Assembly (NCBI GenBank): GCA_964304625.1
Contig: OZ199839.1
Location: forward strand, 1,438,221-1,502,220
Origin: Kudoa neothunni
Lineage: Eukaryota; Animalia; Cnidaria
DNA length: 64,000 nucleotides
Direction of reading: 5' to 3'
Shown here: positions 1 through 12,939 of the stretch, one piece after another
Layout of the letters: every line of letters begins with the position of its first letter
Position numbering within the stretch: the first letter of the stretch is position 1
Position numbers and translations under genes: made by a program
Notes under the pieces: generated by a model
What the model was told of the DNA's origin: nothing
Database searches by the model: none
What the model saw: the letters and a program-made list of their open reading frames with translations, nothing else

Positions 1-445
1 TTGTTCCGGAGGTTTAACAGTTGAATAATTACACCATAAAATATCATTTAATCTTTGAGATTTTCAGAGTTTATTAACAGATAATTATCTCTTATTAACC
101 GAGCTCTATCGCAACAACTTTGATGTACAGCTCGAATCATTAATATAAGCGTTAAAATAAACAATTACTTAGTTAATTAATTAATTAATTTAAACATAAA
201 ATTATGCATGTGCATAAATCCAATAATAAGAAGATTAACACTGAGTTTAAATTGATTCGAGAGCGTCAGTTGGTCCGTTAAAGTTATTTATTCCGCCAAG
301 TAGCATAAAAAATACTGGAAATAAATATATTCATAATTGCAGTGGGTAAAATTATACTGATGCACAAACCGCACCTATTTGAATAGTTTCAAAGGGATTA
401 AAATATGTTAATCCATTTCAGAGGATTTGGGTGGATTGTCATAGT

Positions 446-1571
446 ATGAGAATTTTTCGAGCGTCCACCTGGAGAAAGAAGTTTTATAGACTTTTACATT
501 ATTTCTATGATCCCAACAAACGAAAAGCTCTGGGGAAATCTCCAAAAGAACTTTGTATATTCTATCATAATATTGTGCGATCGCTTGTGGTGACATTGAG
601 TTATTTAGTGTTTTTGTGTCTTTTTCTCGCCACGTTCTATTTGTTTATAGCGGGTTTATTCTATTCGGAATTGTTGATTGTTCAAGAATGGAAGAAAAAT
701 TTTCAAATTAGTGAAAATGTACCAGCTGATAGGGAGATTTTAAAAAACAATATCGGTAACTATATCTCCCTTTTCTCAGCCTATAGTCGCATTGGTATTA
801 GGTTTAATAGTTTTAATGAACATCCAAAAAATTCCACCGAAGGATATGACGTTTGATGCTTACAAACAAACTTACTTGGCTGAATATACGGAATTAATCC
901 AGAAGTACAACACTTTTTTGATGTTAACCCCGGTGAACTATTTGTCTGTTTCTTCTATTAGATTACACTTTACGTTTGCCTTCGTCTAATACACAATGTG
1001 TTGTAAAACAGCAGCAAGAATCTGCCTTCATGTTTCATTCCTATTACTAACAGAGAGGCATTCGGGCATTGTTTGGATGGAAGCGGCACGAATTTGGCTG
1101 AAGATAGAATGGCCTATTGGTTAACCATATCGAAAGTATTCATCTAAAAATGGTTGTATTCATTATTGATATCTTCGAATTAGGTTGTTAATTTTGTACC
1201 AAAGGCTGTATCCCCAAACTCGAATACTATTGGTGTAGAATGTCATGGTTCTAAAAATGGAGTAGAAATAGTGTGATTGATTGTTCTGTTATGTATTCTC
1301 ATATAGGAGGACAGTGCTCCATTAGACGTCTTCCCCACCGGTGGTATAGACCGTAATCAACTTCCCTACAAAAATACACTACAATATGGTTTGGGACATC
1401 AACTTATGCCACTTACGTGCACACTTGTGAATGTGAGTATGTACGATCATTTGGAATGCAGGTTGAAATCAAGTGATATCAAAGTTGTTTTCAGAGGGTG
1501 GCCCCACTTCCTACGCAGGATTTATTCGTGTAGAGTTACCGAAATTCATTCAACCCTTCCCCGACAGCTAA
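446..1571 (+). CDS. ATP1B: Na+/K+-ATPase beta subunit family protein (multi-exon; apparent +1 frameshifts as assembled)
   Basis: Splicing out 555-608 gives YFYDPNKRKALGKSPKELLFLCLFLATFYLFIAGLF, which aligns gap-free to the beta-subunit motif [26 protein letters not shown]. Later exons give LPSCF..FGHC..LTISKVVNFVPK, VECHG, FPTGGID..LPY, MPLTCTLVN..LECRL and GFIRVEL. Frame must be corrected at about 1005-1008 and 1488-1491, with a phase problem near 903-962. Start codon uncertain. Confidence 0.78.
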
Positions 1572-1773
1572 TCACAACACTATAACAAATAATATATAGA
1601 TAAAATTAGCGCTGGCCTTGGTTGCATTTATTAAAAATTGTATTTTTCGCTAATTTCAGCAAGAAAACCATATATTAATACAAAAACACAACGATTCAAT
1701 TTTATCACTATCTACACAGCGCACTTGTAGTAAGCTCACATGAGCAATTAAATGAGAGTTCGTTTGGATGTAT

Positions 1774-2360
1774 TTACTGGGATGATGAATTGCTAGAATG
1801 AGGGTAGCTGTCTGTGTTCTGGGAGGGCAGACGATTCCATAAATTTCAATATTATTACCCACTCGGGGGTGCCCAGAATTTGAGGGCGTTGATTCGGTGG
1901 GCGGGGGAAGAAGATTGAGGTTTCTAGATGCATGAGGGTCGACCTCAGTTGTTCCAACCACGCTGCGTGGATCCCTGCCTATTGGAGTTTGCCCGCAGGT
2001 TCGGAATTGAATCTGAATGGAGCACTCCTGTGAAATTGCACTGGAATTGTCGTTGGAGTGTCAGGCACAAGAATTAACGACAACGACGAACGTTTCTCTT
2101 CCCCATTTTTCACGGGAAACAGCATTCAAATCCGTCGAACCCGAACGAGATTTGTTATTTTTTCTATCATCAAACTCCTTTACATCGGCGAGTGTTATAT
2201 CCAGCTCGGTCAAATTCCAACTGAAATACATAATATAACTTTTGGAGGTTTTAGGTGCGCATGCTAATTATAAGGGTTTTCTTATTACTACTTATATTTA
2301 TTAATTTTTGTTAAAAAAATTATTACCGAATACAAGATTAATAAAATATAATAAATACAT
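1774..2360 (-). CDS. Putative orphan Ser/Pro/Asn-rich protein, possibly with a signal peptide; frame broken as assembled
   Basis: GC-richer, codon-like block 1774-2220 after a tttcag acceptor at about 2221. Stitched frames read WNLTELDITLADVKEFDDRKNNK..EEKRSSLSLILVPDTPTT..DPRSVVGTTEVDPHASRNLNLLPPPTESTPSNSGHPR|NTDSYPHSSNSSSQ*. A hydrophobic first exon MYLLYFINLVF starts at 2360. No recognisable domain. Confidence 0.35.
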
Positions 2361-2557
2361 GACAAAATGACATTTTCTTTGAAAAAATGTTTTACTAACA
2401 ATATCTATTGTATAGCATAAAATAGTAATAATGAGTATGTTTTGCGTTAAATAGAATTTTAGAATTTCACCGGATAATCTGACTATGGCATCCGATCTTG
2501 ATTAATCAAATGATATAATGATTTATTAGCCTTGGCTGTGGACAGGCCAGCCATAGT

Positions 2558-2639
2558 GTGTTGGTGGCCGAGTGGTTAAGGCGTTTGACTCGAAATCAAA
2601 TGGGTTCATCCCGCGTAGGTTCAAATCCTGCCCAGCACG
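2558..2639 (+). tRNA. tRNA-Ser (anticodon CGA)
   Basis: 82-nt cloverleaf: acceptor stem GTGTTGG/CCAGCAC, D-arm TGGCCGAGTGGTTAAGGC, anticodon arm TTTGA-CTCGAAA-TCAAA, long variable arm, T-loop GGTTCAAATCC, G discriminator. TTTT terminator at about 2648-2651. Confidence 0.96.
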
Positions 2640-3419
2640 GTGGCACGTTTTGCTTTACTTACTTACCCTTCTTTATGTTTTACGCATTTGTTTCTTCCTT
2701 CTTTTATGAGAATCTTTCTTATGGGCGCAATATGTATTATTTCAATAACCAATTTTTAACGAGTTATTAGGCAAAGTATCATTTTCACTCAAATTCGACA
2801 CCTACGTCTATTTTATATGAAAATTTCTATTTGTCAAAGGCAAATAAATCATGTGATTGATATTCAGTAAAGTTCTTATAACCATGGTTTATTCATTCTT
2901 CATTTCTATAGTTTACCTTGGGCTAAATAATGTGTTTAATCCATGAAAATTTATTATTTAACATTTTAATCGTTCTCAAATATTGTTTTAGATTAATCGA
3001 TTTATGCATTTAGGTTTTTTAATTATTTAATTATACAGTTATTAATTGAATCAAACATTTTTTAACAATATAATAACTGGCGCGAATCGTCCAGCTTTGC
3101 CTGATGTCGAAGATATCTTGCGCTGTAAAATTTCTTAAAAACATTCGAAAAATTATCATTCCTCAAAACATATTCACAAAAGGGATTAAAATAACCGTTT
3201 AGATCATCGTTCTTTTAACGATTGTTATCAGCGAAATAAAAATCATGATTATTCTAGGGAGGGGTTGCAACAATCCTGTCGCAGTTTAAAATTTCGCTGC
3301 CCGCCATAAACACTAAATAATAGATGATCAGTGCCATATTTCCTAAACCCAAATCAAAAATGCGTGGAAAAAATATTTTAGAATTATTATGAAAATAGCA
3401 GAAATTATATACAGTTGTG

Positions 3420-4475
3420 TAGGGATACTACGCACTTTTGGGTGGCAAAAACTCGAATGCGTAACAACCCTGCACTACTTAGTATCCATGCTTTGGCGCA
3501 TACGCATGTAGGGGAAAATTGAGTGGGTGCGCGAACACTTTTTCTGTTTTTTTCATTTATTCTCTCGTCCCACTAATAATAACGTTAATACGGAGATGTG
3601 AAAAAATTTTCGTAATAATTTTTTTATTGTTCACAGAGTATTTTGAAATGAAATTAGTTAGTTCAATATAGAATTATTTTTTCCACAAGAAATTTGCTAT
3701 TTCTCTTGCTTTAAACGAAGCTTATTTTATTTTACAAAAAGAAAAACTTAATTTTGTAATGTGATCAAGCATTTCGGTGTCATTGAACTTGAATAATTTC
3801 TTTATTTCCTTTAGATTTTCTATTTAATTTGTTCATTTTTACACCAACTCTCGAAACAAACTCATGGAAATGTCCTCGACAAACAATTACAGGAGTGTTG
3901 TCTTTCATATTGTCCTTGATGGCATTGGCGAGTTTATTTTTCCTATATTATTGTACTCTCTGGACAATTTTATATTTCTCGTTCTCGAAAGTTCGATCCA
4001 TTCTTTCATTCTTATATCGATTAGTTTGAATTTTTTTTCTACGAGTTTTGCCGATAAAAATTTTAAATCATCTGAAACAAAGCCTGAAGATATTTTTGAT
4101 TTTATTGATAAAATTGTATTCAATGTAGTGACTGATTTAAGGCCGGAGCGCCTAACGATGTTCTCTTTAGAGCCACTCTTAGTTCCTAATTCTTCTAATT
4201 ATTTAATAATCTACACGTTTTTTTCAAGTAAGCGATAATTTTTCTTATTGCGTACTTACCGCGCCAATGTAATCAAACAACAGACTTCATGTGAGTAGTA
4301 ACCATAAAGTGAGCAATAAGCTTGCACTCCAATTTTTACCGACGAAAAAATTATTTCTCAATTTTATAATTATATTTCTCAATATATTTTACTCTTATCT
4401 CACGATTTATATCTATAGTTAATTTTGTATATTTTGAATTGTTGACACTATTTCTAAAAGTGCGCAATAACCCTA
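3420..4475 (-). mobile_element. Degenerate DNA-transposon relic carrying a CENP-B/pogo-type HTH coding fragment
   Basis: Imperfect 20-bp inverted ends TAGGGATACTACGCACTTTT (3420) and AAAAGTGCGCAATAACCCTA (ends 4475). Minus-strand translation of about 3640-4230 reads IIK*LEELG..SVTTLNTILSIKSKI..KFKLIDIRMKEWIELSRTRNIKLSRE, resembling psq + Tc5/CENP-B HTH domains. No clear TSD. Confidence 0.55.
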
Positions 4476-4701
4476 CGCTATTGTATCTCGATGATAACTT
4501 ACGATGATGGATGATTATTCCTTAAATCATTGCCCCGCTATTCAGCGTAAACATATAATATAGTCTTTCTTATAAACAATCGCGCATTATTTTAGTATCA
4601 CCCCTAAATAATTAAAAATTTTTAATACGGTGGGCAATCTATTTTCCGTACTTTTCGAAGCATGCACCTCTTCAGAATCATGATAACTGGGGAGTGATTA
4701 A

Positions 4702-6451
4702 CCCTCTAACACAGGAGTCGGCAACCTTTTCGAGTGTTGAGACAAATAAATATGCCCTAACTTTAATGTGGATTGTATTAAAATTAATTTACAAAAATGT
4801 TAAATTATTCTTAATCCCAATATCGAATATAAATTTATAAATTAGAATTTTATATAAGTCATTTAACTATAAAATTATGTCAAACAAAAATTATTATGTA
4901 TTAATAATTTTCATTCGCCGGTGTAAACAACTCTTATTCAACTCGTGGAAACAGTTATTTATTGTATGATGTCAAGTAATGAGATGTACCTATATGTATT
5001 ACTAAAAATATTCTATATTTTTCTAAAAATAATTTAAACGTTATTTTGATAGTCATATTTATTCTAATTTTCTGATTTAATGAAAATGAATTTTAGTCGG
5101 CTGAAATGTTTATATGGACAACATATTAACATGTAGAAAATCATTTAGATAAAAACATAAAAACTATAAATGTGTTTTAGACATTACAGAAAAAATTTTT
5201 ATGCTAGTCAATGCATGGCGGGCCTTAGGTTGCCGACTCCTGCTCTAACAGATGAAAAAACCACCCTCCAAAAGGCTTAGGGTAAAAAAAGACCTCAGAA
5301 TTTCTTTCTTTTAATTTATTCAAAAAATTATTATAAAAGTTATGAGAAAATATGGAAAGATTCTGCCTAAGGAATATTGAGAAAAAGTAATTACTGCATA
5401 ACTAATCCTCGGTGATCTACTTCGGTAAGATTAGGTATTATTTCGTAATAACTCGCGATTAGAACGTATAGTATGTTTAGCCTTATTCGAAATAACGACA
5501 TAAAACTTAATGAAAAAATAAAATATAAAATTCTAATAAAGACAATCTATTCGGTAAAAATGCAGAATAATGACCGTAATCAAAAACAGAGCCACTGTGA
5601 ACCAAATCGACCATTTTGAATAATTTATTTTCGTTTATTTTTTAATTTTGATTCAACGATAATTTACATTTAATATTATCTTTCAGAATATATACGATAG
5701 TTGTTGCAATCTATTATGTATCTCCTAGTACCCTGTATTCTAAAATTTAAGTGTGGCAACCGATTTCTATGCGTTGTCACAATTTCTCCTTAGTGATTAC
5801 CTATTATTAAATGTAGGAATTTATGAAAATGAGAATTTCACATTTAGTACGAACATTAGATATTCAATTGTAGCAACTGTTTTAACGTTAAAATCAAAAA
5901 TAAATTATTAGACGAAATTCAGGAATTCCTACTATAAAACTGTGTAATAAATATCACAATTCAATTTTACCTTTAAATTGTTAAAAAGCTTATTCATTAG
6001 GAGATATTTATCGTTATCGGGATTAGTAACATTGACAATTTTGTTTGTTTCAGGTAATAAAACTTGGCGTCACAATACTTGTTGAAACGACGGCTTATGA
6101 CGTATATGACACCACGTAATTAATCGGATTATTTCGAATAATAATTATTCAGTTGCTCAGTATTCCTTGGGCAGAATTTTTCAAAATCTTCCATATCGTT
6201 TTTTAATCATTTTTTTCATTCATTGAATTAAAAAATCTTGTGGTCTTTTTTAGCCCAAAGCCCGTTAAAGGAATGAATTTTGTTTGATAAAATATAATCA
6301 ATATTCCCATACAAAAATTTTTTATATATCTATTTATTAAAATAATATAGGAGAATAGACGAAATTTTAAGTAATTCATATAATTATTAAATATTCTATG
6401 AACAAATTAAAATCCTTTTAGGATCTAAAAGGTCACAAGCCCGTTAGAGGG
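4702..6451. mobile_element. piggyBac-like non-autonomous element (copy 1)
   Basis: TTAA|CCCTCTAAC ... GTTAGAGGG|TTAA. A highly similar inverted second copy lies at 16908-17862. Confidence 0.88.
4712..5242. mobile_element. hAT-type MITE inserted into the piggyBac terminus
   Basis: Perfect 16-bp TIR CAGGAGTCGGCAACCT / AGGTTGCCGACTCCTG. 8-bp TSD CTCTAACA at 4704-4711 and 5243-5250. The empty site is visible in copy 2 (17851-17866). Confidence 0.92.
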
Positions 6452-6639
6452 TTAAACTGGGTTTTCATCAAAATTCATCTCAGGTTTATATTTTATTTAA
6501 TAAAAATAATTAAAACTAAAAAATAATCCCGTTTATTGCTATTGTTGATGTGAGTAAATTTAACATTTTAATTGACGTTTAACATTTATTTCAAAATCCT
6601 ATATTTTTATGTATAAATTTTCTTTATAATTTCTCTTTT

Positions 6640-7330
6640 ATATGCCGCTTTGTACTAGTGGATAATACCCTGATCTAAAGCTCGCAAAACGCTTATCGTA
6701 TTTTGAGGAAGAAAAATCATTTTATATGGCTTAAATCGTTGCGAACATTAGAAATTACATTGTCGAGTAACAAAACAATTTTATTTGATTTTATTCAAAA
6801 AGCTTATTTAAACCAATTATATATTTTATAAACATACCTCAATCAATGGTGCTTTTTCGCGGCACTCATATTTTAGTTTAAGAATTTTATTTTTTTTTTG
6901 ATCATTTCGGTTTAGCGGAATGCCAAATAATCGAAGATCGAGTTCCCTACCAAATATGAAAAGCAAAAAAGATAATCGTTATTCTTTTTTCTCTTTTTTA
7001 TTCGGTTATAGACATTCTCCATAGTTGTGACGTAGTTCTCATCTAAAACTATGCAAAATATATACAAATAAAAATTTTACTTGTGTTGCTGATATTATAG
7101 CGCAATTTCGTTGATTTTAAAAACACAGTCGGTTACTAGTCCTTTAGTATATCGAATAACATCGGAATCCATACACGAATCATTTGAGCGCAATTCTCTC
7201 ATTTTATTAATCATATTAATAGAAATTAGCCCTATTTTTTGAGCTCATCAAATTAATCCACTCATACTTCTCAGAATCGAGCTCTTTGTCGGTATTATAT
7301 TTCAACTTTTTTCTTTTCAGTGAAGCTTTC
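6640..7330 (-). pseudogene. pogo/Tigger (DDE_1) transposase pseudogene
   Basis: Fragments KRKKLKYNTDKELDSEKYEW (CENP-B HTH), KEKRITI, LLLDN and IFLPQNTISVLRALDQGII (the pogo FLPPNTTSxLQPLDQGII motif). Multiple stops and frameshifts. Confidence 0.85.
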
Positions 7331-9959
7331 TCACCTTAATGGGATGTCACTAATTATTCCTTCTTATTAAGAATGCCATCTAATGTTGAAATTGTAGGAA
7401 ATTTAAAATGTCGAACAGCGGCAATCTTAGCTCACTTATTAAGCAAGTTCTCAAAACTTCGATTATTCTAAACTTTTCCTTAAAATTTATGCAGTTTTAT
7501 TTTTTTTCTGCTAATTGAAAATTACGAAAAATCCGTAAGTGCCCTCGAGAAATTCCAAACTAAGTACGTAAAATCCGCAACGATGGATTTTTCGTAGTTT
7601 CGCCATTTTTTCTTTATTTGTAAATTGTTTTAAACTGAATTTCAATATTATATTTTAATATTGAATCTTTACTTTTATAGAAACTTTTAGAGTAAACAAG
7701 AAGTTAAAAGGTACGAAAAATCGATTGCCTATTGTAGTTGGGAAAAGTAAGATTACATTATCTACATTAAAATTGATTGCTTGTGATTCAAATGAAAAAG
7801 GGTAGTCTTAATTGAATCTAAACGCACAGATCTAGTATTATATGGCCTTAATTAATCTGAATGTAACTTACACTGCTAATTTAACATTAATTTCCTCATA
7901 AACGTTTTTAATCACGGAAAATTTCAAATTTTTAAGAGATGTTAATATTCGTCGAGAAAAATATTTCGTGGGATGTAGAATTAATAATCATTCAACAAAG
8001 TAATATTATGTGAATATTTGTTAATCGATAAATACAATATTAAAATTCTTCATAAAATTAGCGATTATAATAATTATTTTTATATCTTACGATTTACAAA
8101 TTGATAAAATTTAAATATTCATATTCATATTATGGGATCGTTTATAATCATTTCAGGTCCGTAAACTTCGATACAATAATAATGAAGTTAGATGGTTTCT
8201 ATTTATTCAGGGAACGCATTGATCAATTTAACAATTATATGATTATATAATGAATAATATTATATTTATTAATTTACACCATTATTTCCGAAGTATAAAT
8301 ACTTCACATAGTTTATTATTCACGAGGAGGATTTTGTAATAAAAATGAAATTAATTTATTTACAAAATTTGAAATGACTAGTTTCTAATATTTTCAAAAA
8401 AATAATGCTGATTAAACATATATTAATCCGATACGGGAATGTATGGAAGAATCAAAATATTTACCTACTATTGGATTCCGACGGCCTCTTGCGCAAAAAT
8501 CTGGTTGTGTATGAACGATAACACTGTTTTATAACTGTAAAATATTTACATTCGAAATATGGCATTAAATTATATATTTTGAATCAATATTGTTAACAAA
8601 AAATTTTAAATGTAAAAATATACCAAACGATGTTGATTGGGTTGACAATGGCCAAACAAACGTTAAGCTTAATGTGTTAAGCAAGGGGTAAGTTTAGACA
8701 AGTCATGGAGAGAATTATTGAACTTCATAGTTGAATACAGAAATATCATGTAAAGTAAACGTTGTCTTAATGACGAGACGCCTTCTATCGAATCCGGTGT
8801 TAATCGATACGTAACTTCGCGGCACATTTCTAAATAGTTTTATTTCTCAAAATTATAGGGTTGGGTGTTTTTTTTTAGAAATTTACCTGTGTTCGTTAAG
8901 GGAAACAGAATAGATGATTAATTATTACTATTAACGTTATCTTGAAATATTGTGAGTATACATGGTTTTAATTTATTCATATTCTTTTTTATATGTCTTA
9001 TCATATTGTTGTTTATGAAATACATTGCATTTCTATTCCAAATCTGCTCAAAACTTTTGCTATTTTTGCAGTTTTTGAATTCAACGTAATAAGGGTAATG
9101 ATAAGGAATATTAAGCTTTTGGGGTAAATAATGCACAACCAATAGAGAATTCATGCGGTAAGTGAATGTGGACCTTATTGTTATACTCAAACTTAATTTT
9201 CTTATAAAAATTTTTAGAATGGATAGAAAATATTTTAGTAAAAAAAATAAAAATTTAGATCAAAAATTGATCCCATTTTACCCCCGGAAAGTGTTAAGTT
9301 TAGGCGTACTCCGAAGGTTAAATTTTAGTTCCTGGTAAATATTCATTTTTAATCAAATTTAAGAAACATTTTTAAAATCTTTTAAGAAATTAAATTTCGA
9401 ATAAAAATTTAATATCTATAGTTGTCGTACAATGTGTGAAATATTCTTGTGTGCAATAAAAGTTCTCCACTTTATTCGTATAACACGCAGTTAGCTTGTT
9501 TATATGTAATGCCTCGTTACGTTTAGACATTTTTAGCACGACTCCTCCTGTAATATTTTTCTCTCTGGAATTGATTAAAATTTGTTAAACTAATAGTCTG
9601 AAGCAAGAAAACCTTATTCATCACATCAATTACCTCCAACTGATTAAAAAGCCCAATTTCAAAAATAAGACCGTTATTATAATATCAACGTTATAAAGCC
9701 TAAGATATGAATTGTCAATGCACATCTCACATTATCAAACATGTCATGCTATTCTGATCAAGATGATCGAAATAGAATGAGAAATGAATACTTAGTAGAT
9801 ACGAATTCTTCAATTTCGTTAACTTTAGCATAAATACTATTTATTCTTATGTTAATACCACCTGTAAGCATTAACAGATCATTTATAGTAGGACGTATAA
9901 AATAGTAATGAGCCAATAAGACTACTTTAGATGCGGCACAATAAAACCCCACTGTAAAA

Positions 9960-11601
9960 CTATACATTCTCAACTACATTATCATTAAATATAGGCATCA
10001 CAACAAGAACAGTGATATTATCATTGCTTCCATTTTCAAAAGATATTTTAGAGAGATTATTAGATATAGCTTTTAGGTTGGCAGGATTGGGGTCATCGAT
10101 TCGCTAAAGCAAAAAGTATATTGTAACAGAGAAGACATTTAATTGAAAACTACATGGGATATCAGGCAGTCGATGATTTCTTTATTAGAAATATTATTCC
10201 AAAAGCCGTCACAACCAAGGATCAAGCATCTAAATTTGATAGCCAATATGTTGATAAATAAATATAAATGTGTAGGAATGTTGATAACAATTACAGATCA
10301 TTGTGATCAATCGTGTATTTGGTCACTGTTGGTAACGATATAACTCCCTTTCTCTTAAAATTAATGTCTCCAATACTTCTGGAAACTTCCAGAATACCCA
10401 TAACTCGTCCTTCCCTATAAAAAAGCAATTAACAGAGAATAACAATGTTAAAGAAGATATAACTTGACAAATCCGCCATATTTCTCAATTCTAGATCTTT
10501 CCTCAAGCTATATATACGAAAAACATGTTAAATTAATTGTTTTGTAGGTGTATATTTACATACATCACTAGGAGAGTGTTCATTGTTGAGGTACTTCAAC
10601 AATAATGGCGAAGTATTCGTTGAGTGGTTTTCAACGTCAGTTTTCAGGTGGTTAGTGGTTGGGTTTTTAAAGACAACCGCACACTAATTGGAAATTAACG
10701 GTTATATGAGGATTCATTAAAACTTTAACAATTTACTTTACAATCGCCTATATTAGCTAAAAAAACTTGATTTTCAAATATAAACAATGAAAGCGCGGTT
10801 GATCCATCTTTTTTGGGTGGATTACTACAAAAAATTGTTTCATCGAGAGGCGAACCTTCCGAATGAAATTAATTACAAGGATTTGGCAATTTTAATAAAA
10901 TTTTCATCAACCACTCTGAAAGTTGAACCGATTTTGGTATTCACATTTCTACCGAAATCTAACGCAGAAAATTAGTGAAAAAGAAAACGTGGCGTTATCA
11001 GCGAGATTTGAACGCGTGTGAAATTACTGGAATCTAATTCTAAAGAAAAATCGCAGAAGAAATGTTTGAAAACGTTTTCGCTCGCATACTTCGATGCAGC
11101 TCTACCCCCATGACCATCGAAAACTTGATAAGTAGCAACAACTTCACTAAAAAATTAATCACATTTAAAGTTTAGCTATCCAATCAACAAATGTATAGTA
11201 ATACAATTTTTCTGCCAACTTTTCATTTTCTATCAAGGGATGATTAACACATTGATCAATTGCTACATGAAAATCTTGCATTTCATCCCTGTTCCCCTTG
11301 AAACTTGTGACGGCGTGAATGTATTTTTTGACTATTTTATTGTCTATAGATTGATTTCTTTTATTGAGAAACATTAATTACTCGAAGAATACTTGTATCG
11401 CTTTTAGAAATTATGCCTCTTTCTGATTCATTTTTACGTTTACGACTTGATTTTCCTTCAGATCCATCACCCTTTAAATCATCATTGTCAATATTGCTCT
11501 CTTTCGACTATATTTGGATAAATAATTTGTTCTGTGGAGCAATCCAATCAAACCGAACACTTTGGGGGTGGTAGATCGTCAAACAATCCTCCACCACTCA
11601 T
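9960..11601 (-). CDS. ILKAP: Integrin-linked kinase-associated PP2C phosphatase (about 11 exons)
   Basis: Spliced product starts MSGGGLFDDLPPP and contains KGNRDEMQDFH, VFDGHGG, KDGSTA, LANIGDCK, EHSP..EERSRIEKYGGFVKEGRVMGILEVSRSIGD..KRKGVISLP, LILGCDGFW and ENGSNDNITVLVV. All PP2C metal-binding motifs and the ILKAP-typical segments are present. Introns are GT-AG. Confidence 0.92.
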
Positions 11602-12494
11602 TACAACGATAAGGTTTGCTATGTCTGGATGAATGACGCTTGCGCGTAAACAACTAAAGTTATAGAAATCATTAGTTTTGCGTATATGTATAGATTTAGG
11701 CTTTAATTTTTATTTCAAGTATTTTTCCAATTATCAAGCAGCTTTCGAAAATACGTTTTATTGTTGAAAAAATATACTTAAAATATGGCTTCCAAAACAA
11801 TTTATTTTAATAGCTGAATAGATTTATAACAATTTGATTAAAATATCTTTAAAGTAGCGAGTAAATAACTAAACACTAATTTTCATTCTACGTTTTTTAA
11901 CATTTTATGTATGGAATACTTAACGCATGCGATTTCTTTGGAATTTTCAGTCGTCAAATAGATTGTTTTAATTGTGAGTTAAGAAGTTTATTATTTTTTC
12001 TCAACAGCTTTTTATTTTCTTATAGATTTATTTAAATAGAATTTTTTTCAATTAAATTTGATTATTTTGCGCTTCCATTAATACTCAAGTTTAATCCAAT
12101 GGATCGTGGATACAGTGGTTAGTCTTAAGGAAGCATTTTCAAGATTAGCTGTAATAAGAGTTGTTATTGATGTGCAACGGCACGAACTTAGCATTTTATG
12201 TAATGCAAGACGATACTATATTATCAAATATAAAATCTTAAAAAAAGTTGGAACCTCAAATACAATCTTACAATAAAATTCTTTCTAAAAATGAAGTAAT
12301 TTATTTTTATCGCATATGCACGCACCGAATCGAATGAGTAAAATACGCCTAAATCGACCAATCCCTATATATAGGGAAAATTCGGAGTTTGAAATGATTT
12401 TAAAATTCCAAGAAAACCCATATGTTAATTATCTAACAGCCTAATAACAAGCTATGCTTTTGAAAATCATCCACACTCTGATTTTTGACATTGG

Positions 12495-12762
12495 AGAAGG
12501 TCTGTCACGTATTGTAGTATCGACAATTATGCATAGCAGAGCCACTGTCATAGATAGGTTGCATTTCTAGGTGGTAGTCAATTTGAAACTACGGTGTATG
12601 ATGCTTTCAACCCCTACAAAACCCCTAAACAAAAGTTTCCACATTGGGGGTAGTTACAGGGGGCCGAGACTCATACCTCGGAGTCAACGAAAACATTGTG
12701 AAGCCGAGCATGCTTTCTATGTAATCGACTGATTCTACCTACGTAGTAGAAATCTCTCTCTC
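12495..12762 (-). other. GC-rich self-complementary non-coding island (candidate structured RNA or MITE)
   Basis: The ends pair over about 40 bp and enclose internal hairpins (CCGAG..CTCGG, CCCC..GGGG, GTAGT..ACTAC). Several mismatches become G-U pairs on the minus strand. Confidence 0.35.
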
Positions 12763-12939
12763 AAAATATATCATGGCGAAATCGACGCTGAAATAAGTCT
12801 GGCAAATAATAGTCATTCGATAAATTTTACTGAAAATTAATTTATTTTTTATTCATAAATAAATAGAATCGAAATCGTTTATTTTTCAAAATAAAACATT
12901 ATCAAATACCTACTTTCATTTGGATGAATATACATACTA

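Larger units (their letters stand above)
4628..7734 (-). mobile_element. pogo/Tigger-family DNA transposon relic (TA-flanked), host of nested insertions
   Basis: Inverted ends TA|CGGTGGGCAATCTATTTTCCGTAC and GTACGAAAAATCGATTGCCTATTG|TA. Contains transposase remnants at about 6640-7330. Confidence 0.7.

Noticed and set aside
1473-1494. Possible 22-nt intron explaining the Na/K beta C-terminal frame change
   Set aside because: It would restore the frame, but it is far shorter than all other introns here. A one-base homopolymer error is simpler, though RNA-seq should decide.
7505-7525. U4-like TGCTAATTGAAAA (and U1-like TACTTACC at about 4253 and 50112)
   Set aside because: Only short word matches; the flanking snRNA structure and Sm sites are absent.
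12495-12510. GAAGGTCTG resembling the RNase P CR-I motif
   Set aside because: No complementary CR-V/P4 partner was found downstream on that strand.
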